A stretch of 64,000 nucleotides of DNA from Dudresnaya verticillata (taxonomy: Eukaryota): NCBI GenBank assembly GCA_977862235.1, contig OZ374557.1, forward strand, positions 2,852,001-2,916,000, given 5' to 3'. Every line of letters begins with the position of its first letter. Position 1 is the stretch's first letter. The position numbers were made by a program, and so were the translations under genes. This document shows positions 36,791 to 49,800 of this stretch, piece after piece. Below the pieces are notes generated by a model. That model saw only the letters and a program-made list of their open reading frames with translations. It did no database searches and was not told where the DNA came from.

Positions 36791-38413
36791 TGAATTGAAT
36801 ACCTGGGGTATTCAATTCGGATGCAGTGGAAGATGAGAGATATTTTTCAGATTTTTCAGATACAATATCTGGACCGCACTCTGACACGTAGAACAGCAAC
36901 GGCCTTCCGTAATGACGGTACCCTAGATGACAGATGATTTTCTGTTATCCATGCATGTGACAGACCACAGTCCGCCAGACACGTTTCGTAAATTCGATCA
37001 CACTATGTGACCTACTATTTTCTGTATTGTGCCACAGATATCTGATATATATCTGTCGTAAATGACAGAAAACATTCGATCACCATAGAAGGTGATGGGC
37101 CTTGGCCTGTCATTTAGCATGCCAATGGATATATCCATCCTATGTGACCGTATGATTGCATATGCAATATGCTTGCTGTGAGTTAGGTACCTAGGCGTAT
37201 AGGCCTCGAGGGGCTTTAGCAGTAGCTACTTTGGGACAAATTGCAACTGCAGTTGCATGTAGCTATGCTGTCAGGCAGATGCTGCACAGAGCATCCCGTG
37301 CATAGCTTCTAAATGTACAGGGAACGTGCACGTTCCGTCCAGGTTTGCTAATTCGAACAAGTTTAACCTAGCCAACCTGAATCCTTTATGCCACTAAGTG
37401 CCAAGCTTGCCACTTGGTGCTAAATACACAGGTTGGCTGCAGTAATCAAACTTAATACTACGCAGCCGGTTGTATTCTGCAATAGAAGTGCCCGAAACCG
37501 GTTATCTCCGAACCAGTGCCGGCACTGTCGGCCGACCGGCCGGTCGTATCGTTCCCGTGCTGCGGTGCTGAAGCTCATATATCCGTATCCATATATCGAG
37601 CGGTTATCGCATCCAGCGGATAGCATTTCTTCTGCGCCACAAAGACTGTGCGCAGACAGTTGAACACGAATCCGTTGAAATAATACCTCAGGTTATCACG
37701 GTTGTAAGGTAAACGCCTTTTGGCATTGGCCGTTGATGGCCGGCTAGCCACTTGTAGAAAATCTCTCTCGAGACGCCACTTGTGTTTTCCAACTGCCGCT
37801 GCGCCATAACCGTGCTGTACACACACATACCCGTCTGCGTCAATTTATGACTGTTGTGTCCCTATGGATAGGGGGTTATCTGAGTATATCCCACGATTTC
37901 TAACGAACAATTGTACCAAAGCGATTGCAGTGCTATGATTGCAGTGATATGACCGACTATATTACATCTTCTGCTGATATGTCCGTTTCTGAACTATCAC
38001 ATGGTGAAATTAGATATATATTTATAGATTAGTTTGTGATTGCTCCGTCTCAAACGGATACCGCAACCGCTTCCTTCCGTTCACTATATTTTACCTGTAC
38101 TTCGGTACTTGTGTACCGTTGAGAACCACTGTTATAACAGTCATTTTATGGATGTATACGCGCAGAACTCTTCATGGCCAACAGTTCGAAACGGTGCATA
38201 TTGACGACGGGAAAGATGTGTTATGTGCGCTGTCGCGACAGTCATGGCTAGCACTACGCGATATCGCACTAGGTAACCTAAGGCGGTTGTTTCACATAGA
38301 ACAGTATAAAATTCTTTTCGCTGCTCGAACACATGATATGCTGTTTGAGAATACCCCTTCTGCAATTATCTGCTGCTAGCTGCACCCCCTCCGTGTCGCT
38401 ATTGTGAAGAAAC

Positions 38414-41056
38414 ATGGGAGTTATTGTGGTTAAGGATTCCTCTCCCTCTACTTCCCCTCCTTATTCTCCTATTGCGAACTCGCGGCACTCGCGGGCAGAC
38501 GTTCTTGCCACAGTACTGAACGTCACTTCGTTCCAATCCAAAGATGGTTCCAAAGATGACGACAGAACAATAACTCACAGTTTCTCTTCTGTTGTACAAA
38601 GCATCCAACGTACTAGTATTGGGGCGCAACCGTGTCGAAACATGTCTCCAGTGGACAAATGCATAGCAGCAGAGCTCTTCCGGTTTGAAGAAAGCGAAAA
38701 GAAGTATCGCATCTCGAAGAACATTTATGCAGAAGCTGTTGTAGTTGCACCGTCTCCTCCCGCATATTTCCCGGTTTGTCCGGGAGGTTTTGCTACTTTC
38801 TGCTCTCTAGCAGGCTACGAAGTCGACCTTCCAGGTTTCATCGAGGGTTCTTCGTATTCGCTCAGAGGGAACGTTGATTGGAAATCTTCCGTCATCCTTT
38901 GCGAAAACAGATTTGAAGTGCCCCGTCGGACATTCATATGCTCACGAATCAAGTATTTTCAGTACACTGAGGAGCTCTATAGCATTCCGCACAGAGGGCT
39001 TTGGAAGAATGAGGCAGAAGACATCACTGATGATCGCGAAAATCCTACCTGTGAAGAGATGGAGATGAACCTTGCTCGCCAAGTTTTCTTCTTCGCCCAA
39101 AACAGCTTCCCACTGGCTTGCAAACATTTACAGAGTCGCAAAGGCTTTTTCGATCAGTTGCAAACCCCAGAAATGTCATATAATCGACAAAACCGAGTTC
39201 CCAACTGGTTGTTCAAGGTTGGAAAGAACGTTGGTCATGAACTTGGTAGGTCATCGTCAAAGCTGCCAGACATCATTGGGTGTGCTGAATTTGGGAGACC
39301 AGGAGTGGTGGATTCCAGAAAGTGTACGCTGGTAAAGCTTCCTCCCCGACTGCAGGGTGCGAACCCTGATCTCGTCGATATGCTGCGAAGAGGCGCAGAG
39401 AATGGTATCTTTCCGGTATCTCAACATTCAAGAGGGAGGTGTCCACCTTTGAAGGCAAGGTACCCTGGCAAATTCTGCCCTAGTCCAATCCACGGCCAAT
39501 AATCTCCTAAAGTCATTAGGCTGAAGTGTGCTGCTGAATACCATTACCTGTTCCTCAGTAGTGAGGATGGGAGCTTGTCATGGGTTATTTTTGTCGGAAT
39601 TGGGACGTATCTACATACATGGCCGAAAACAACCCCTTCTCCGAGCTTGATGAAACACTTTGTCGAGAGCCAATGTTCAGAAAATCCAAAGATGACAAGT
39701 TGGGCTCTTACAATCAGTTTTGAAGAAAGGTTCAAGCTAAAGGTTCCTCTCAACACAATACGGAAGCTAGGAAATCAGTTCTGTACAGATACGTATCCAT
39801 TTGGGCGCTCGGTTCATGCGCTGATCGCAATTTATCGGGCAAGATGTGGAAATGATGGAAATAGTTTCGTCATTTAAATCGCTGATCATAGTTTACAAGA
39901 CGAACGGAGACAAGTGCGTGATCAGGAAGGGGCTTCCATTATCATAGCAATCGAGGAGCTACTGAAAACGGCTGTTAAGATGCCTCGGTTGGGATGTGAT
40001 GGAACCTTTGGTATCGTCAGTTCTTACGATCAAGATCTGAATTTCGAGCTCAACACGATTGTCGCCGAGGATGATAAGACTGGAAAGGTATTCGGAGTCA
40101 TGAGGCAGCTCTGCTCCAGAAAGACGGTGGCGGCAAGGAAGATTTTGTGCAAAGAACTGGTTTCGAGGCTCGTTCTTTTGGGCTTGAAGGACCCTCTCTC
40201 GGCTCCGATTGGTAAGCGAATGAACATGGCGACAGACTTTGAAACGACTTATGCATTTGCGTTGGGGCGTGCATTGTCAGAAGAATTTCGGTCTGGTTCG
40301 GACATGGAATACGTTCAAGCCGTTTGCTTCCGATGCGATGTGCACGCAAAGCGGTTAGTAATGGAGAAGTGCGACATTTCTCAGGACCCATCTCTTTTCA
40401 GTTGGGCAGTGGGAACGAGGAATATCTTGGAAGCGGCCGAAGTGGATGAGGCATTGCGTGTCACTACGGGGATGGGTGGCAAGTGGGAGTCTTTCACACA
40501 ATGGCTAGTGAACAACAAATTTGCTTTGTTCCTTTTGTTTCACCGGTACTACTCAAATAAGAACCCTGCAGAGCTATCAAGCTCTGTGTTCTGGGACACA
40601 AATCCTAGCGAGGCCATGAATGCTCGGAAAAAAGGCTTACCCAGCTATCTTCAGACCAATGGTCGAGTTCTGGACCTGGTAGAGGCAGTGAATGAGTTAA
40701 AAGTAATGGACGATGGGGATGCCAGAAGCATAGCGAATTTTGCTCCAACTCAAGGGATACAGTACTTCTCAGAACCCGACTGGAAGAGGTCTCAAGCAAA
40801 AGCAAGGAAAAGGGACTTCGACGATGTAATAGTGATCGATGATGAACCTGTTCCCGCGTTGCATCCGAAGAAAGCTTGGAAGGCTTCCAAGAACAGTACA
40901 GGTAGTTCGAGGGTAAGAACTAGGCATAGTGTCCTGGCATCTGCAGAGAAGGTTGATGCTCCCATAAGGAAGACAGAAGAACTCACTTCTCTAGTGGAGA
41001 AACTCATAGCATCCCAGAGCAATAAAAATGATCGGCGTGAATGGGCCATAGCATGA
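38414..41056 (+). pseudogene. Mutator-like (MULE) DDE transposase, split into three ORFs
   Basis: ORF 39914-41056 has CDGTF, ATDFE, CDVH (CxxH) and DTNPSEAMN. Upstream ORFs 38414-39502 and 39575-39877 are colinear, separated by a frameshift and a stop. TIRs not identified. Confidence 0.75.
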
Positions 41057-41682
41057 AATGACGGAAAAAGAGGTTATTTTCACCTATGAGTCTCAGGAAT
41101 AGGTCATGACTGCTTGGTCTCGATGACGTGAGCCGTAATCACTCGCGCTTAATTGAAACATAGAACGGAATGACAAAAGAAGCATTTATCCTCAGATGGT
41201 ACCCAACGCCAATAGCACTGAGTCAACAAATACTGCAGTATGCATGCAGTATGCACGATATCTCGCATACGCATCTGGTGCATGCATTTGTCTGCAGACA
41301 CATGTACATGTATGTACATGGACATTGACATATTGGCAAATGAGGGCTCAGTTGCAAACATGCAGATACTGTGCCGACTTCAACTTATCATCACACCATG
41401 CACACATCAGAATCGGTGACATGACATTGACAAGCAACGGAATAATTTCATTGTCAAACGTTCTTTAAGCAAAAGATTGGTTTCAAGTTGATGAGCACAC
41501 GGTAATATGTATCGGAAAATGTTTATGTCTGTGGCCACAATGTCAGGTTGGCCTGTCTCATGGTGGTTTAAATATAGTGGTATTGAGCAACCAAATGCTA
41601 GAATAGCACAGGCTATTTTTGAGTGCAAGTTACCCTATTTCGGTTATTCCACAGGTATTTAAACTTGTGAGGCGCTACATTG

Positions 41683-42190
41683 TAGTGCGCACAAGGGATA
41701 ACAAGCTTCGGGTACTGAAATGTGCAGTGCGATACCACAGGGAATACGTCACCTAAATAGATGATGGAAAACAATTGGGTTATTTGAGCATGCGGTCGAC
41801 AAAAGGCGATCATCTCGAACTCCTAGATTGTAACATGACACGTAGCTGTTTGTACGGCACTGAAAAACCAAACACACCTGGGCTCTCTTGTACGTCAGGA
41901 TGTCGGGTATGAGAGGGGTTAGAATAGAGTGTTTTCAGCCAACTGTGCATAACCTAGTGCTATCAGCGCTACCATAGTGTGTGCTGTTACAGGAAAGCAA
42001 GGACAAAGCTAGATACCTTGGTTAGGGTATTGAAATGTGCGAGGCCGTCCACTGCAGTGCGCACAAGGGAGCAGGGACTTCGGACAATGAATTGTGAAGT
42101 GTAATACCGGCAGTATTATGTCATCTAAACAGATGATGGAAATGATTCGGTTATTTGGGCATGTGGTCGACAAGTCGACCATCTCGAACT
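41683..42190. repeat. Diverged ~140-bp direct repeat (41683-41821 and 42056-42190)
   Basis: Shared AGTGCGCACAAGGGA...AGATGATGGAAA...GGTTATTTG...GGTCGACAA...CATCTCGAACT. Confidence 0.75.
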
Positions 42191-43200
42191 GCTCGAGGAT
42201 TCAGGCCTAATCCCGAGGAGGCGGCGACTGCAGGCTAGGAGATGCACACCCTTTGTTAGTGTACAGTACGGTTCCGATGTGAGCCCACTCTCTAATGAGT
42301 GGGTTTACAGTACAGTATAGTGTAGCAGTGCCGATATTATTGTACCGTTACAACTCTACCAATCAGTTTTATTGTACCGGATTTGACGGGTTTGGGTACA
42401 AGGGGCGTTGGTGTTGGGTCCTATCTGGGTCCGAGCCGAAGTGCCTTCTAAAAAAGCCTCGTATGGGCACCAAATGGATACTGTAGTGTCCATTTGGGGC
42501 TGACACCCAAAGTCCAGAAATTACCAAATGGACACTACAGTGTCTATTTGCGGTATTAGGGATATTCCAAGACATTAAGTAGTCTCCTTTCTCCAACTCT
42601 AGTGTCTATTCGACCGGCGTTTTGCCTCACCTCAGGCCAGAGTTGGCCTAACTTCAGGCCAGGGTGCTCCGCAGGGCAGTTCGGGGGGTATGCAGTAAAC
42701 GGTGGTGTAAAAAACGTAAATATTTTAGAAATAGCGAGGCAGGGTGAATGGCTGGGCCAAAAAAATCACCTAGTATTTGCGCGGTGTAAGCCGCTTCCTT
42801 ACTACGCATTTATCTATACAATCGACCCTCCATCGACCCTTTATATACAATGAAGTTCAGGAACGTTGGCGGACTAGCAGCTTCACTCTGAGGTTGCGGG
42901 TTCAATCCTCGTTGAGTTCATAACAACTTGAAATCTCCTTCGGGAGCTCGACGGTTTAATTATGCTCTTACCACAGGAAGCCACAAGACGCTCTCTTGAA
43001 CACTGGACAGAACACGGTAACATCCAGTAAAGGATTATTCCGACAGGTAAGTATCCAATCCAGCTAGTCAAATAACGCGGATACTAAACTGTAGGGGGCT
43101 TAAGGATTCTTTTTCTCTTTTGCACATGGAAAGGCCTGTCACTCTTATAGTTTACTTCTTTTGCGGCTCAGTACCCATAAGAGATTGCACTTTTATAGTA

Positions 43201-44240
43201 TCAAGACCCATGTTTAAACTGACTTAAGACACAATCCATGAACTTGGTCGTAATGCTTTTTAAAGCAACTCCGTTTCCTGTCACTGTGACAGATGTAAAC
43301 CTCTTTTTAAAAAGCCTGCAAGCATCCAGTACAGACATACTTTGCCATCTTCGTACCTTTGCAAACATTGCACTGGGCTTGGTATTCGCATTTTGCCGGA
43401 TCCCCATCCTTCTTTAAGCGCATGCGACTAGTGGAAACAAGGTTGATGCCTGTTCCAACATAAAAACCAGCACAAAAGCCTTCTTCCTCATCCGATGATT
43501 CCTGAGACGGTCCCTGTTGACGTAACTTTATTTCGTCGTATTTGTTCTCGATGAGACCCTCAGTCAGTTGCGAATAGAATTGATGCGGTGTCATCGCCGA
43601 CCGGTTTCCTTGAGAACCCTTTTAGCGCTTTCATGAATCGACAACAAAAATGCCAAAAAATTGTAGTGTTGACGAGTGTTGCCCAATCCTTCATCTCACT
43701 TTTCTTCTCAAGAGCAAGGTCATCCTGTCGGCACCTGTTGTGTATGTCAACCTGAGCACAATTGCTGTAGTAGGACTGAAATACAGTTGGAAGGTTGACT
43801 TCCGATTGCTCCAATCTAATGGCTTCAATACTGGTTCTCCAGCGTTCGCGGTAGATTGGGGTAGTGTTGCCTGATGTTGAGGCCGTACTGATAGAGTAGC
43901 GCCGATTTCTGTCAACCCACATTAGTGCCATCATTTGAAGGCTCCCAGAAGATGAGACAAGAGAAACATGATCACCCTTATTTGGAACCTCAGCCTTGGA
44001 AAGTTAATCCATTGGATACTTTTTGGTAGATGTCTTGACAACTCCCGTAAATCGTAGCCCTCTCTCATGCAGTTCTTCGGCTCCCTCCACAGAAGCAAAG
44101 AAAGAATCGGCACAAACCAATCGGTTTGTGTTAAACCAAGGCTCCACCAGTCGTATCATAACAGCTGTTCCATGTCGGAATTCCCTTTCATGCATCCTCT
44201 GGGAACTTTGTTCAGCACAAACAGTCAGTTCCAGTTGTAA
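43201..44240 (-). pseudogene. piggyBac-like transposase, C-terminal half
   Basis: HGTAVMIRLVEPWFNTNRLVCADSFFASV..GLRFTGVVKT; WVDRNRRY; VDIHNRCRQDDL; C-terminal CNVC..YVCTGC Cys-rich domain. Confidence 0.85.
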
Positions 44241-44825
44241 CTACGGTCCGAAGGTGCAAGCACTGCGCGAGAAATCGGATTCGCTTACGAAGGAACCTTC
44301 ATCGCTTGAAGCTCTTCCCCGCTACGCGTCCACTCGAATCGGTCGCGATTGACATCTTAGGCCCGTTGCCACCAACGCAATCCCGACGCAAGTTTACCCT
44401 CGTGATTACGTTCCGATTTACGAAGTTGACCCAGGTGGCTACACTACGAGTCATAACCACGTATCACGTCGCAGTTGCGTTTTGCGAAGTTTGGATCTTC
44501 AAGTATGGACCGCCAGCCTCGGTGCTCTCGGATAACGGAAAACAATTTACTTCGAAGTTCTTTCAGGGCGTCTGTCGCCTACTCGGGTTATCGAACGTGT
44601 TCACCTCCGCATGTCATCCGCAAACGAATGGACAAACCTAACGATATAACCGGACCATCCTCCGGATGCTTCGTAACTACGTGAACGACCTCCAAAACTA
44701 TTTGGACCGCTACGTCTCCGCGTTAACGTATTCGTACAATTGCCACGTTCATCAGTCTACGAAGACAACTCCGTTCAATCTCGTTTTATCGCGACCGCCG
44801 TCCGAATTCACCGTCAAGCGACGTA
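44241..44825 (+). pseudogene. Gypsy integrase fragment from a separate element
   Basis: CKHC..LFPATRPLESVAIDILGP..VLSDNGKQF..HPQTNGQT. Lies upstream of the E gag, so not part of E's own pol. Confidence 0.85.
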
Positions 44826-44827
44826 TA

Positions 44828-46818
44828 TGCCAGAAATCCCCACTCAGGTGTTTCCGCCCGATCCGGTAAGGACAGCGGCAGCCCCTGGGTTACCTACCCA
44901 AACTCAATACACCGAATTGGATCCAACACACCAACCCCAACCGAATCGGAGTACGGCCCCTGGACCCGCAGAAGTGCCTGCGGGGGAACGTATCACCGTG
45001 CCGGTGGCTTCGCGTAGAGGCCGTGAGCACTCCGATGGTGACTCCAAGAAAAATCAAGACCGGAGTGGTAGAGACAGTGCTAACAGAAAGGCCAAGGACT
45101 CCCACTCCAATAAGGAACGTGACCGTTCGCAACGGAGCAAACGCGCTTCGCGACGGGACAAAGAACACTCCGGTACGGAATCTGATGATAGCCAACACCG
45201 CAATAGGAAGAAGAATAAGCGCAAGTCGCGCCATAGGCGCCGAAAAGGGCATGAATCCTCCCATTCCTCCGGCTCTGATACGAGCTACTCCGATACGGAT
45301 AGGGACGAGCGGCGTCGGGCCAGAAAACACGACGCCAAACACCGAGAGGTCGACAGGCCACTCCCAAAGGCGATCCGGCCCCTGAACGACAGGTTCGTGA
45401 AGGCGATGGATTTCCGAACATACCGACTGGAGAAAAAGAGTTCATACTACAGCTCTAGCTTGTCCCAGAATATGGGACGCATCCGCAGAAAGCTGGAGGT
45501 ACAAATGAAGTCCCACTCCTTTAACGGTACAGACCCCATCACGGTCCTTGGATTTCTCGCGAAGTTCAAGGATGCGTGTAACATCAACTCCGTTTCAGAA
45601 GGAACCGCACTGTGGTTTTTCCAGCTTTTCTTAAGTGGACAGGCTGAAGCTTTGCTTCAGGCCCGTCTCGCTCTTGGCACCATGGCGGTCGACGAGGAGC
45701 AAGCAGAGATGCTTCGCACCTATACCGAAGCGGGGAACCTTTTGCTAAGGACTTATGCTACCGATGAGGTGATTCCCGAAGGGTATTCGGAGGTAACGTC
45801 GTTTCGAAAAACTTCGGCTTTAACGGAAGAGCAATTCTCCAACCAACTCTGGACTAAGGCACTCCGATGTGGTACAGGATTCTCCGACAGGTCCCTCAAG
45901 TCGCTGTTTGTGGAAGGACTCCTACCGGGAACGGGTCAGCAGATGCGCAATTCTCTGGCCACATACCCCCATATGTATAACCAAGCCATAACCCGCTACG
46001 CTAAAGGGCTTGGAGAATCCCATCGGGAAACCAGACGCCAAACCTCAGCGGTGCACGTCTTCGACGGAAAACCTAAGAGTCAGTCACGACGTTCTGGCGT
46101 TCTGTCGACTGATTCTCCATCGGAGTACACCTACTCGGAGCATCCCGCTGAATCAGAGGAGCACGTGCTCGCCCTGGAAGGTGCCGCGGGTCGACGCGCC
46201 AGCACCTCGTCGGGGGTTACGTTTACTACAGCGTACTCTTCCCCACCGAGTAGTGTCTACCCTACTCGGCCTCCGACTCTCAACTTACGCCCACCAGTGC
46301 CACGGATGCAACCACCCCGGCAACCCCGCTAAGGACCGGCTGATAGCCGCTACGGTCCCGCCACACACCGTCAAGGAACCCACGGGCAGCATCCCAGCCA
46401 TATCGGACACCCCCACGGTAACACGCCTCCCCGTCAAGGGCAGGGCGAACACCGTATTGGAAAACAATCCCCTACCGCAGAGCATACGGATCACACCTCA
46501 CCGGATGTCAGACGTCTCTATGGAAGCGGCTACTGTCGCTCGTGCCTCTCCCCGGACCATGTTATTTGTCCGTATCTGAGCGACACCGAAAGGGGTCCCC
46601 TGATGGAAGAGCGTGAGCGCAACTATCAGGCGATCCTCCTCAAACGGCAGGCCTCGCCAACTCCAATACGGGAAATCGTCCGCCGGGTAACTACCAGCAA
46701 TGCCCAGCGCGGGTGTTGACTGTCCATGGTCGTGCGGTTGGCGAGCCCCCAGCTGATATGATGGAGAAGGCACTCATGGGGCACCCCGACTCGGAAAACA
46801 TCGCAGGAGACGTGTAAG
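44828..46818 (+). pseudogene. gag: gag of element E
   Basis: ORF to 46332 (FNGTDPITVLGFL..LLRTYATDEV). Zinc knuckle CRSCLSPDHVICP follows in another frame. Confidence 0.85.
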
Positions 46819-49800
46819 GGCGTCCCCGTCTCCTCAATGCGACGGGGTACGCCCACCAGCACGGGCTTTGCCGGACTGTCAGTCCGCCACCATTACGGAG
46901 TATCCCTTGATTTTGTTCCAGAACTCCCCCTTGAATTTCCACCACGCGGTGATTCTGTCTGTGTTCTACAACGGCAGAATTATAGAATCCAGATTACCGT
47001 GGGAAGGGGTAATGACCTCATGTTGCCTCTCATCACCGTATTGGATTCTGGTGCTGGGCCCAATCTCATTAACGCTCGAGGGCTTCCACGCCACTGGTTG
47101 TCTTTGATTCGCCCAGCTACCAGTCCACCTTTACGGGATGCGTCCAATAAGTCGATACGCCCACTTGGTGTCATTCAACTTTTTGTCCGTATCGGAGAAT
47201 TGCGTACTCGAGTCCACTTCCTGGTGGTCGCGAACCTCGCTGCTCCGTGTATTCTGGGAACCAGTTTTTATTGATCGCCCTGTCAACGCGATCCTCCAAC
47301 CGGCACGGAAAGTTGTTTTCATCACCACTCCCCGGTTTCGCTAATGGGACAAACCAGACACTCCAAAACGGTGGCTGCTTCTACTGTTCAGGGCCCTCCT
47401 GTGTCATCCGCTTCGGTATCGCATAAGCTCCGCCTAGCAAAATCCCTTATTATCCCCCCTATGACCCAATCCCTTGCATTGGTCACCACTCCTACCGGTG
47501 GTTTGTGTTTTCTTCAAAACCATCCCAAACCCATCCATAAGCACCTGCCCCTTATGGCTAACGGGGTTATGGATAAAGTCCCTAACAAACCCTTTAAGGT
47601 GTGGCTGACTAATGTTCCCCGAAACCGGTGCGGTTACCCAAGTCTACCGTCATGGGCCTCGCTACTGCTGCTCCCTCCGCCATACTCACCGTTAACGATG
47701 TACCTCCATTTAAGGAGCGGGGCGGAAATATTAATTCCTTTCCTACTTCTCCTAATGAAAGCAGCAAGGCTACACCCCAAGGTGGATTCGAAGGAAACAC
47801 CGTGTCGGAATCAACTACAACCCCTGACACCGACTGGAAAGATAACATCCATATTGGTGCCAAGGATGAAAAACTCCGCGCCAAGGTGGTTACACTCCTC
47901 GAGGAGTTCAGCACTATGTGGAACGGCGAGTTAGGAAATATAACTGCCGCGAAACACCGTATTGAATTAATGCCTGGTGCCAAACCAGTGTATCACGCAC
48001 CATATCGGGCAGGACATAAACAGAGTGAGCTGGAGAAGGCAGAAGTGGATCGTATGTTGTCCGCTAAGGTGATCGAGCCATCCGCTTCGGAGTGGGCCAG
48101 CCCTGTGGTCTTCGTTCCTAAAAAGGACGGCTCCATGCGGTTTTGTGTCGATTACAGGCGACTTAACGCTGTCACCGTTCGGGATTCATACCCTTTACCC
48201 CGGATGGATGAATGTATCGACTCCCTTGGAGAAGCTACAGTATTCACCACTCTGGATTGTAATAGTGGCTACTGGCAAGTAGAGATCCCCGAGGAGGAGC
48301 GTGACAAAACTACCTTCACCAGTCATTATGGATTATACCGCTTCCGGAGAATGACTTTTGGGCTCAAGAACGCACCCGCTACTTTCCGACGGGCGGTTGA
48401 CATCATCCTATCTTCGGTGAAATGGCAATTTGCCTTAGTCTACCTGGATGATGTGATTGTATATTCTAACACCGTCACGGAGCACTTCGAACACCTTAAG
48501 GAGGTCCTCACGCTACTCCGTTCCGCAGGTGTAACTCTGAAGTTATCAAAGTGTGCCTTCTTCGACACTTCCGTACAGTATCTGGGCCACATAGTGCGCC
48601 CGGGCCAACTGGAAGTGGAACGGAAGAATATTCTCGCCGTTAAGGAGGCTAAGCCACCTACGAACCAAACGGAGTCGCGCTCTTTTCTAGGATTATGTAA
48701 TGTCTATCGACGCTTCGTTCCCAATTTCGACCGCATTGCTTCGCCACTCAACAAGAAAACCGGCAAGGGTCTGGTATTCGAGTTTGGAACTCTCACCGAA
48801 ACGGAGTTTAACGCCTTTGAGGAGTTAATGAGACACCTAATCTCTCCTCCAATATTGGCTTTACCCCGCCATGGTTTCAAGTATACATTGGATACCGACG
48901 CTTGTGATTACCAAGTTGGGTGTGTCCTTCTACAGGATCAACCTAGTGGAGATAATCTACCAGTGGGTTACTGGAGCCGAAGCCTAACTGATGTGGAGAA
49001 GAAGTACAGAACCACTGAAAAGGAGTGCCTTGCTGTCGTTTGGAGTATGCTAACGCTACGCCCCTACCTTTACGGTGAAAAGTTTATACTCCGTACGGAT
49101 CACGACGCATTACGCTGGATATTGAGTTTAGCCGATGCGTCTGGACGCTTAGCAAGATGGCGCCTACGCCTATCGGAATTTGAGTTCGAAGTACAATACC
49201 GCCCTGGTATCAAGCACCAACTCGCAGACGGTATGTCAAGACTCCGAACAGGTGGTGCTGACAAAGCTGAATTGGATGAAGAAGTGCCTTGCTTCGTTAT
49301 GGAATCGACTCCTAATGGTGTAGTGCACCATGGTGTGCGACTAACCAATTGGAAACAGACTCAGCAGCCTAAGGCCGCAAGCAGCCTTTCCTAGGCGTTG
49401 AAAGTAGAGACACCGAAACGGATACTACGCCTGAAAAGGATACAGTGCCACCCACTCCACTCCGGCAAACAGTCATCCAACAAGAGGATATGCGCAATGA
49501 GGCCCTTACCCGTGAGGAGTTCATAGCCGCGCAAGCAACAGATACTTTCTGCAAGCTTAAAACCGAATCGGTGGGATCCCCTGGATCGCAATTTGACTAC
49601 GACCGACATGGGTTTCTTGTGCGCAAGTCTGCCCTCGACGGCGGACTCCAAAAGGTGGTACCGCAACAGATGCGCCCCAGGGTCCTGTATCTTGCCCACT
49701 ACACCTTGATGTCGGGACACCCTGGTGGAATTAAGATGTACTACACCTTACGAAGAGACTACTATTGGCCACAAATGGCTAACGATGTATTCGAGACCGT

